A stretch of 64,000 nt of DNA. Origin: Welwitschia mirabilis. Lineage: Eukaryota. Below the pieces are notes generated by a model. That model saw nothing but the letters and a program-made list of their open reading frames with translations. It ran no database searches and was not told the origin of the DNA. The first letter of the stretch is position 1. The number at the start of each line of letters is the position of its first letter. The stretch covers positions 36,449,334 to 36,513,333 of the forward strand of contig JBOZIK010000001.1 in the NCBI GenBank assembly GCA_051453625.1. Direction: 5' to 3'. Positions 50,401-61,433 of this stretch are shown here, piece after piece. Both the position numbers and the translations under genes were made by a program.

Positions 50401-51749
50401 TTATAAATTAAAAGCAGTGAAAATGCCAATATTAATAAGATGTAAAAAGGCTTGCATTTCTGAGGAGATGTACAAACTCCTCATCCAACAAGGCCACTTT
50501 ACACTTACCATAGATGAGCTTCATGTCATTATGGATAACAGAGATTTTTGGGACTTGTACCTTGTCCATCTTAGTGAGAAAATCCATGTCTTGGTATTTA
50601 AGAGGTTAGGGTTAACTAGTTAAGAAATAAGCCAAACTCGTCAAAATGAACTCCTTCATGAAAGAAGCAATGATGAAGATTTTATTAATAAATGGGGAAA
50701 TGAATGGGGAAATGAAAAAAACCCAAAAACCTAGTAATAATCAAAAGCACAAGGTCTAATGAGATAGGTTTACAACAATGATANNNNNNNNNNNNNNNNN
50801 NNNNNNNNNNNNNNNNNNNNNNNNNNNNNNNNNNNNNNNNNNNNNNNNNNNNNNNNNNNNNNNNNNNNNNNNNNNNNNNNNNNNNNNNNNNNNNNNNNNN
50901 NNNNNNNNNNNNNNNNNNNNNNNNNNNNNNNNNNNNNNNNNNNNNNNNNNNNNNNNNNNNNNNNNNNNNNNNNNNNNNNNNNNNNNNNNNNNNNNNNNNN
51001 NNNNNNNNNNNNNNNNNNNNNNNNNNNNNNNNNNNNNNNNNNNNNNNNNNNNNNNNNNNNNNNNNNNNNNNNNNNNNNNNNNNNNNNNNNNNNNNNNNNN
51101 NNNNNNNNNNNNNNNNNNNNNNNNNNNNNNNNNNNNNNNNNNNNNNNNNNNNNNNNNNNNNNNNNNNNNNNNNNNNNNNNNNNNNNNNNNNNNNNNNNNN
51201 NNNNNNNNNNNNNNNNNNNNNNNNNNNNNNNNNNNNNNNNNNNNNNNNNNNNNNNNNNNNNNNNNNNNNNNNNNNNNNNNNNNNNNNNNNNNNNNNNNNN
51301 NNNNNNNNNNNNNNNNNNNNNNNNNNNNNNNNNNNNNNNNNNNNNNNNNNNNNNNNNNNNNNNNNNNNNNNNNNNNNNNNNNNNNNNNNNNNNNNNNNNN
51401 NNNNNNNNNNNNNNNNNNNNNNNNNNNNNNNNNNNNNNNNNNNNNNNNNNNNNNNNNNNNNNNNNNNNNNNNNNNNNNNNNNNNNNNNNNNNNNNNNNNN
51501 NNNNNNNNNNNNNNNNNNNNNNNNNNNNNNNNNNNNAGTAATAATCAAAAGCACAAGGTCTAATGAGATAGGTTTACAACAATGATAGCTTATTCGAGTA
51601 CTCCACACATGAAGAAGAATCACCTAAAAATAGGCAAGTTGAAAATAAAACTCTCAATCAACTTAATTTGATAACCACTTGGGAATATATTAATGACCCA
51701 AAATGAGATCTTCAAAACAAGAAAAGCTATTAAGATTCCAACTTTGATG

Positions 51750-53700
51750 ATACTATGATTTACCCCTTTCTATTCCTTATAAAATCATATCACCTAGTGA
51801 AATGTCTGACTTTGAGAAATTCACAATTGTATAAGATCCTATCATGCATGTAAGAAACTACAAACATGCATGTTATATATGCAACATCGAAAGAAACACA
51901 ACCTATCCCCTATTTTGTTGATCTTTAAAATAATAAGCCATCGAATGGTACAACAGGATACCAACTCATTCAATCATAAGTCTAAAACAACAATTAAAAA
52001 TAGTTATTCAACATTACTCCATTAATATCACAAAACAAATGATGTAAGATACCTTGAATATAATGAAACAACAACTCAATAAAACTGTACAAGACTATGC
52101 ACGACGATGAAGAGTTATTGCCTTATAACTAGAAACCTTCATTGTAGATTTTGATATGGCTTATCTATTTGCAAAGTCATGCATTCCATATGTTTTAGAA
52201 CACCTCAAAATTTAGTCATTCAAAACCTCTAAACAAGATATCATCCTAGGAAAAAGGATTAAAGTTATAGGAGAAGAGAAAGGAGCCGTAAAATATGGTA
52301 ATACCTCCAAAACAAAAATCATACAAAAGGGACAACAATAACCCTAGAGGCAGTAACATAAAGAATGTTGTTGTTATTAATTAACCAATTCAACTAGTTT
52401 ACTCATTCCAACTAATGGACAATCTAATGATGGTACCGATGGTATCTTAAGCTACTTTTGCTTCATAAGCTTTTGCTCTAAAAGCTTTTTCTTTTTAACT
52501 GTCTTATCATCAATTATTTTACCCTCCACTATGACAAGTGCAACTTTCACTGCCACGACAACCTTAACAATAGGCATATAATCTTAAAATTAAGGTCAAA
52601 ATAGGCCCCGAAATAAAACTATAATTTCTCAATTTAAAATGAGTTTTATGAGATTAAATATCCTAATGAAATAAATCCTCTTAATGCTACTGAAAAAGGG
52701 GGTAATTTAATTACCTCTAATTAGACAGTGGGACCCAAATGCTCCCAAACTAAGAGGGTACAATGAGTCAAAGTATTATGAGTACCATCAAACCTGAGGA
52801 CATCATACTGACAATTATTTCAATCTAAGATACATTATTCAAGATATTATCAAAAACAAAAAGGACATTATCTTAGCAGCTATAAATGAACAACTTGAGA
52901 TTTATAAGAACCCCTTTTCCTGCTCAATCTCCTATATCGCAACCACCACAGAATGCAGCATTTTAAAATGACGACAGTCCCTATACAATCTAATTAATCC
53001 AAGATTAATTTGAGAAATCATTAGAATAAGTCATTTAGAAGAATAAAAAAAAATTAAAAGCAATGATTTGAGAAGAATATCCGTAAACTCATCCTCTTCT
53101 TCGATCACATACACTAATGTAGTCACTTGCCTCTAACGTAAAGAAGGCATATCATTATTTAATCTCACTAATTGAGAGCTCTGAGCATCATAGAATCACA
53201 TTCAAAAAGATATATAAAAAGTGTTTAAGGTTGAATTTATCTCTTGATTAAAATCAACCACATAGAGAAGGAACCACCTCAAAGCAGGTGCATGCCCAAA
53301 AGAGTGATAAGATGAGAAGATAATCTAGTTCTTACACCACAAGATTTCTATAAACCCCAAGAAGATGATCATTGCTGAACTGCCTTATGTATTTTTAAAC
53401 ATCGAGCCTACAAAAGCAAGCAAAGCTTTTATCGATTGTGAAGCCAAACTAGATGTGATAGGTCTGTCATGCCTTGTGAAGCTTAAAATGGACCATCTTT
53501 TAAACACAAAGAAAAGTGTGATAATAAGAGGGTTCAATGATCATGAGGACGAATCAAAAGGAATAGTTACTTTATCTGTTGAAGTGGCTTAAAAGATCAA
53601 TGATACTAAATTTTACATAATAAATGATGCAGTAACATTTAATTTGTTATTGGGACGTCCTTTGATAATGGACATGAGGATAATCAAATATCAACCCTAT
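51750..53700 (+). pseudogene. gag and aspartic protease remnant
   Basis: DPIMHVRNY...AIEWYNRIPTHSI; knuckle YEYHQT*GHHTDNYF; KAFIDCEAKLDVI...IRGFN...SKGIVTLSV...FNLLLGRP. Confidence 0.85.
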
Positions 53701-56700
53701 CAAAAGATAAAAATTTATTGGCTCTAAAATTTCAGTATCATTACAATGAAATCATACTATGACAAATGTAAAAGCTCCATCAATATCATCTTCTCCATCA
53801 CCACCTTCTACACTTGAGAAGATGACTATTCCTTTCTTACATTTTACACATGATTTAGTAGACCCTCATAAGATGGAGGTCTCACTCATTTCTGACACTT
53901 AAATCTTAGATATGCGATGAATTCCATTCCTCTTAGATGAATTTTCATTAACTCATGACTTAAAATTCTCTTAAAAAAGGAAAAATTCAAAAATTAAAAA
54001 AAGGAAATTCCTAAAAAATTAAGAAACTCAAAACAACAAAAAAGAAAAGAATGAAAACACAAGAACGAAAACATGTACATATGTGTATATACAAAAAAAA
54101 AAAATTAAAAAAAGAATAAAATATATAATACAGACAAAAAAACAATGAAATAAGGGGAAAAACAAATCAAAAGTTAAAATAAAAAAATAGATTAAAAAAT
54201 ATTAGTTCACTTATTTAGTTAAAACACAAAGGACAAAGTTCTTAATGGTCAAAGTACCTCATACAAAATGAGTTCATGCATCCAAGCAAAGTCTCAGTGG
54301 CTAAGCAAAAGCATCATATTATCACACTACTCATAAACATTCGTGAAGCATAATGTTCCAAAACCTTTTTTTAAGGAAAAAAAATGAAAAAGCAAAGTCT
54401 TTTCTAAAATAGTTTATATACTTACTTTTTGAGTCTTTTAGTTAAAGTAGTTTGACATCTTTTTTTAGTGTTTACTTTTAGTTTTCCTCTCATTGTTATT
54501 CTTATGTCAATTTCTTACTTATAGGATATCACAATAAGGAGTCAGTTGAGTGCATCCTTGCATTTCACCCTTAATGATCAACCTGTCGAAAGTATAACAT
54601 AGGCCTTTTTCATTCTTGCACACATTTGACATTTTGGTTTTCATATTTGAAGTCTAAACTATGACTAACAATCTTTCTCTAGTATTTCCTTCTTTTTATT
54701 GAAGGGCGCACACTACTTAACTTCAAGTACAATGTGAAGAAGGTGAAGTATTGGAATTTTCTATAATTGATATTCCATTCCACAAGGCTCCACCCATGGA
54801 AGAAGATAGTGATGACATGTATCACATTGATCCATGCTATGACACACTTGTTTCTTCCTTAACCATGATTCACATCCTTACACAAGCCTTCTTATTTTAC
54901 TTACTCTTATATCACCATTATCGTCCCACTAGACATTAGTGGGTACATATTCCCTCTATCATACATCTCATCACATCCTCCATCCATCATCATTACCTCA
55001 TTTACTTCATTTTACTCATATCTACCATGTCATCCTATTGGCCATACTCATGTCACATATCCTAAGTTCTCATTTTCATCTTATTTACTAAAGGAAAAAA
55101 GAAAAAGAAGAGGAAAAAAAGTCAAAGCTAACAAAAAAAAAGATAATTTTTTTTTAATATCTATATCTTTTTATTGCACAGCCTTTGGATACCTCTTGAT
55201 AATGAGTTAACTTCTAAGTCTTTATCTTATAGAAAAGTGCATTTCAATGACTCTATTGAGGTTCTTAATTTAGATGCTATGAAAAACTTAGGATTAATGA
55301 ACAATAGTCGAAGCTATGCTAGTTGATAACTGATATGTTCTCAATATGATAAAAGTAAATGAATAGGAAGATCATCTTAATTAAGAGATGTGATTTCCCT
55401 TTACCTTTAGCTAAGTGGCTCTTTAGCATAGTTCCTTAGTTAAGGTCATTTCTTTATTTAATCGTCTGTTTGTTTGGTCTTGTGTTAAATTACATTCAAG
55501 TTTTATCAAATTAGTTTTTTACTTTTGGGCATTTATGATGGTAGTATTGACGTTCACCTAATTTTAAAACATGTTCATGTCTATAATTTTAAGTGTCTTA
55601 AGTTATTCTTTGTTAGCATCAATTGTGTCGAATCTAATGCTTATCTTCAGTTGTGAGCTTTATAATTTACCATTCTAATAATCAAGTAATGTTCCCAGAA
55701 AAAAAAAGAGAATCCAAGCCAATTGATCCAAAAAAAGGGGAAAAAGGAAAAACAAAAGAAAAAAAATTTACAAAAAAAAAAAATCATGATGTCCTACTGC
55801 GAGTGCATCAGGGCAAATACTCTCAAGAGAGGCCTTTAGCAGTACGATATGGTAGTTGTGGAAACTCTACGAGGGTGTCAGTTAGTCATGACATAGCTTT
55901 GGCTTATGGATCCTTATGATCTTGGCAGTGGTTGCACTTCCTTCATTATGATGGATGGTGTTCTTTAAATACCCCACTAACTTTATTTTCCCATGCCTCT
56001 AAAGCTATGAATTCATGAACATTTAGAACATATTGGTTATTGGATGGTAAGTTAGTAAGATCTCACTTCTTGTCATAGTTAATGATTAGATTGAATTATA
56101 GTCTAGACACTATATTAATACTTTGTAGGATAACCATAGCCCTTGTCATAATCACTTCTCTTATCACATGATACTCTATGTTATTTAGCATCGAACCACA
56201 TGTTAATGACATCAAACAATGTTATGATCCATACCAATGGACTTTGCTAGGTTAGCATTTAGAGGTGTAGAAATCAATCTTATTCATGCCCTGTTTATCC
56301 ATCTTCATCTAATATTTTCTTGGTATTTATGATTAATTATTTCAAAGTCATTGTTGCATTTACTCTTACTTGCTTGAGACTAATCTCACTTTCCAGTTAG
56401 CTTGTTATCTTTTGGTATCCCTCCCTTTCACCACCCCTTTTACCACCTTGCAATGTTGTGATAATCTGTTTTCCATTGTTATCACCTTTAGTCTTGTTTA
56501 CTTTACTTAAAACTCTCCTATACCCTAATACATCCTTGTCCATTTTCATAATTATGGTTAGATATCATTTATTCTTACCATTTCCCATTTTCTGCATTTA
56601 TCCCTATTCCTTTTCCCTCATATACTACCATGTTACATCACTCATATCATGTTTTCATATCTTTCCCGTCTATCCATTGAACATCCCTTTATTCATGGTA

Positions 56701-58329
56701 TTTATGTTTCTTATACAAATAAGATATAGAGAAAATCAAAAAAGAATAAGGGAAAAAAGGAGAAAAAAGGAAAACTAAAGTAACTTGGCCCGTATCAAAA
56801 TGTTGTTTTAATACGGAGCTTCATTCCACTCACTTCTACATCAAAAGGGGGCACTTATGTGATCATTTTCTTCTCGCTCCCTATTAACACCTGTTGGCAT
56901 TCATCCCAAGACAATGCAATTAGATGAGTGTAATGACATAGAAGATAATGAGACAGTAGTACACAAAACAACAATGATCATGTAACGCTAAGTAAAAATC
57001 ATCAAACAATGTCATATCGAAGAGCAAAGAGATCAAAATGGATAAAAAACCACACACAACACAGAAAAAATGATGGGCAAGAGAAAAACACAAGCAGAGG
57101 GTATTTAATAGCACTAACAACAATGGCAATTAAAATGAAGAAGAGCTATCATAATATCTAAAAAGTGACCCATAAAAGAATCCCCATTAAAGCTATGACT
57201 AACATATCACCAGAATCCAGTGGATTTAAAAGATAATGCCATGCAAAACTAGAAACTTGAAAATTAGCACTAGATTTTTCTCTGTCGTTTCTAGATAGAA
57301 AAGAATCCCAGAATACACCTGGGCCTTTCTCAGCTACTTTGCTACTCTTCTGTGTACCTTTTCTTGTAGACTCGTTGTCTAGTGGCCCTGACTATTTTTC
57401 ATTTTCCATTTGCTTCACTTTTCTTTTTATTGTCATTGATAGAGTAGATCTAAGAGGGACTCAACCATAGAAAAAAAGGGACTTAAAGGCAAAGATCTCT
57501 AGGAGAAACGAAAAGCATTCCAGTTGCAATAAGGCTATAAAAGTACCAGGGGAAAAGAACACAGTGAAGTTACATCAAAGGGAGAAAATAAAACGCATCA
57601 GATTAGATCGAGTAGGAACGACAATAAGGCTATGTAAAAATCTTGGATAAAAGGCAACACTGAGAACAATGACTAGTAGAGATAGAGGACAGATCTAAAA
57701 GTGACAGGGAAGGATTGGAAATGATAAAATCACTAAAAATATAGGTTCTAATTCATCAAAGAGACTTTTGATTTTTTGCATAATTGCAAAAACGTGTATG
57801 GATTTATGCATATTGAATCTTTAAGTTTTACTTTGGGTTAAAATATTATTCTTAATGTCTTGTCAATACTATTCTCTTATTTAGGTATTTTATTTCATGA
57901 TAGCAATTTTGCTTTTTAAAAAAGAGAAAGAAGACTTGTCCTAAGGAAATATAGTCAATCATCACAATGTTATGCTTAGGCCTTGAAAAGGGATTAGGTT
58001 ACATCATTGCAATATTATTTTAATAATTTATGGGTATTATACCATATTAAAAGGAAGTTTAAGATGTATGACATGATACTATATTTTCTTTTTACTTCTT
58101 TTATAAAACCATATTTCATAAGCCCTGAATCCACTTAATCACACATTTGTACTTCACTTTATCAAGTTTCATACCTCTCTAATAAAATAACTGTTATTAT
58201 TTGTTAAATCTAAGACTTAACATTATGAACCTATATGATGATAGTTTGATTCTAGAGGTAAATAGATTGGAATAAAGTACATACCAATCAGATAGAAATA
58301 TAAAGTTATGAAGGATTTTGTAAAGAGTT

Positions 58330-58346
58330 TGGCGCTAGAAGGAGGG
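58330..58346 (+). promoter_or_regulatory. Perfect tRNA-Asn-type PBS located inside the 3' LTR
   Basis: TGGCGCTAGAAGGAGGG, complementary to the plant tRNA-Asn(GTT) 3' end as I recall it (CCCTCCTTCTAGCGCCA). Preceded by an LTR-end-like TTGTAAAGA-GTT. Confidence 0.8.
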
Positions 58347-59553
58347 CCATACTCAAACACTATAGAATGAGATTAAAAAATATTTTAATGTTGTCAAACA
58401 TGATCAAAATTAATTAAATTTGATCAAATTATCAAATCACAGTTAAATTCTATCAAAACACAATGCCGAAACTAGTCAAACTAAGTCAAATAAAGTGAAA
58501 ATTAGTTAACACTGCCATAACAACTTATTAAAATTTGGTCAAATGGATAAATTTAATTAAATTATATCAAAACAAAGTCAAAGTTAGTGAAAGTTAGTCA
58601 ATCATAGTCAATCACATTCAAACCCAGTCAAACTTGGTCAAGCTTAGTTAAACTAAGTTAAATTATTAAATTTATCTTAGACCTAGCTAAATTGCCATCA
58701 AACCATCTAAATCACCTATTATCACATAACATTAGAACTAATCCACCATTTATAAGAAATAAAAAATCTCGTAAACACAAAGATTACTAGGTATAATTAG
58801 GTTCAATGGAGCATTAGATTCTATGCAAAAAATATTTATGTCAGAAGGCATTCATTAGATTTATAAAGGTCTGAATGATGATGACGAACATGCTATGGGT
58901 GGTACCCAAGTATATGGAGCTCTCCCTTTTAAGTTCTTATTTCCAAGAAGGGCACAGTTTGGAAGAAATAGAAGCAAAAATCAATGAAAGAAAGAAAGAG
59001 AGAAGAACTCCATCAGAGAGGAATGAAGTGGAGATGCTTAATTAAAAAGGAAAAACATAGTAATCAAAGACTATAAAAGGATCAATGTTAAACACAGTGT
59101 CGGGGGCCAACAAAGTTGGCAAACAGGAGGGAAGACAAATAGCAGTAGTAGTAAAAGCATTCTGTGCTTCCTAAAGGCATAATTAAAATTTCACTATCTC
59201 TAACACCCCAACTTTAATTACCCTAATTAACCATAATATTTTTTTAATATAGTTATTAACTATCATGCACAATGGAACCTAGGATCAATCCTATTTAGAC
59301 TCTGTTAATACATTATAAGATTTAAAATAATTAGAAAATATAATTATTACTTAACCATAGACCCTCTTGGTTTGCATACAATAACGATGTCAAATTTGTG
59401 TTCTATATTTATTTNNNNNNNNNNNNNNNNNNNNNNNNNNNNNNNNNNNNNNNNNNNNNNNNNNNNNNNNNNNNNNNNNNNNNNNNNNNNNNNNNNNNNN
59501 NNNNNNNNNNNNNNTTACATAGTTTAGAAACTCTATTAATTAAAGCTTGCAAA

Positions 59554-60014
59554 ATGTGGGTTATAACACTATCACAAATTCAATATGACCTCTATTGCTT
59601 CAACTGTTCTCAAGTAGAGAGCAACATCGCCAACCTAGTACAGGAGCTCATCTTAAATGATTCCCATGTTACTCTAGCACTTCTGTGTCTTGCTTTTCAT
59701 GATTACTTTGTTGAGGGTTGTGACATGTCTAGGATCCTATAAAACATGTCTGATTTACAGTCAGAGAGACATTATTATGCTTAGTGTGAGAGATGTCGTC
59801 AAAATGATGGAAGATTTGTATTATCCACTGGACGTATGAAGAAGAGACCACTTTTGATTTTGTGATCTTCAATAGCTAGAAATTTGATCTTGATGAAGCA
59901 TTAGCTTATCAAAATATTTGCTTGAAGATGCACCAATGCACACTTAAAGCGGCTGAAATCAAAGGTTTCATGGCCTGTGAGATCAGAAGAATGCTACCAT
60001 TACTAGATGTCTAG
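59554..60014 (+). pseudogene. Class III (secretory) peroxidase pseudogene, intronless and internally deleted
   Basis: QIQYDLYCFNCSQVESNIANLVQ...ALLCLAFHDYFVEGCDMSRIL*...QSER; then in another frame DIIMLSVRDVVKMMEDLYYPLDV*RRD; then ...LKM...CEIRR. These match LLRLxFHDCFVxGCDAS, DIxxLAARD...GRRD and GEIR. Confidence 0.85.
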
Positions 60015-61166
60015 ATCTGCTTTTCTTTCCATTTTTAAACAAATTCACAAAGTTAACATTATGATGGCAAGCTTCGTAACCATATCCAGAGGGCCAAGGG
60101 ACAAAATGAATATAGGAAGCAGGCATTTTCCATGGAAAAAGATTCTACGATAGAGAAGGGAAGACAAGGTTGGCTGAATCAAGGGAGATAGTAAAATTGA
60201 ATCACGATAAAGCACAAAATAGAGGGAGGGATCAAAAAAGAAGCAATTCAAAGGTAAGGGATAACACAAGAAAAGATAAGAGAAGAATGACAAAGATGTA
60301 GAGGGATGAATCGACCAATGACATTTCAGACAGAAGTACATCACCATAAATTAGAAACGTGGCATCAAGAAGGTAACAAGTGCTCCATGAAACAAATATG
60401 GCAAGCTAAGACACAACCAAATGAAAAGCTCTGATGCAAAATTAAAAAGAGTCAACATCAACCATCAACCCCAGGAAATCATCGTTAAAAATCATGTTGT
60501 CCTTTGCTTTTACATCATCTAACTAGTTACGATATTAACATCTGCTTTTGAGACAAAGAAAATTTCATTGCAATCACACCACTTGACTATCCTATTAAAA
60601 TCGTAACAACTTTAAAAGTCAATTATCCATTTGTAATCACTAAAAATGTTCCATCTTTTCTTGTTTACTTACAATGCTCACAATACGACAAAGTCTAAAA
60701 ATGCTTTTTCACAAATTATTATAAGTCAAAATCACCTTCTTCTTAACTTATTTGCACTAGAACCTTTGTTAATTCATGAAATAACGCCTTTGAGATACAT
60801 AAATGCGATATAATTAATCTTGGGAAAAGAAATTAAACAAACATTACCGAAATTCAAACATTTGTAAATATGAGGTAAAATAAAAGTCTAGCCACATGGA
60901 GTTTAGTCGAGGATGAGAGGGTTTGGAAGGGCGGTGATTCCTGGGATATTGCTGTAGCAGATCTCAATCGCAAGTTTCTTCAGTATTTCCCTTACCTTCT
61001 GCAACTTGGAATACACAAATCCATTCGAACTTCGACACGGTGACTGTTTCTTTGAACACTGAGATCTTGGATTATCCGTCGCAGGGGACAATGGAGCACG
61101 TACTATAAATCTGTTCAAGATCCACAAGCTGGAATGCCGGGTGTTTCCAGGTTTTTCTTTCCCCTG

Positions 61167-61258
61167 GTAAGGCGTCAGCCTGGTTCGTTTCTCACTAATT
61201 GTCTAGTTTATCTTTAAAGCGTTCTCTTAGGTCTTAGAATTGGTTACCTTTTTACTAG
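61167..61258 (+). other. Possible 5'-UTR intron of the TMEM161 gene
   Basis: G|GTAAGG donor at 61167, CTAAT at about 61195, candidate acceptors CTCTTAG (61230) or TTTTTACTAG (61258). Confidence 0.3.
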
Positions 61259-61433
61259 GGTTTTGTTAGAGCGGTTGTACTCGGCTTTCGCTTTTGCACA
61301 TACTTACTTGAATTCTTGAAAATCATTGGTTCAAGAACACAGAAGCATGCATTGATTGATATTCCGTTTGTATAAAAGCTTTTTCTGAGAGCCAGAAACA
61401 TTTTGGTTGAGCGAAGAAGAAACTTTGAAAACA

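Larger units (their letters stand above)
47707..58777 (+). mobile_element. Non-autonomous Tat-type gypsy element (gag-protease only)
   Basis: LTRs 47707-50319 and 56856-58777; TSD TAAAG/CAAAG (47702-47706, 58778-58782); decayed tRNA-Asn PBS 50323-50338; PPT AAAAGGGGGCAC at about 56843-56854; empty site at 21982-21986. Confidence 0.9.

Noticed and set aside
316..51623. Long ORFs made of X residues
   Set aside because: Artefacts of translating N gaps.
61407..61433. TTG start for TMEM161
   Set aside because: Eukaryotic gene; the first in-frame ATG (ACAATG) is at 61434.
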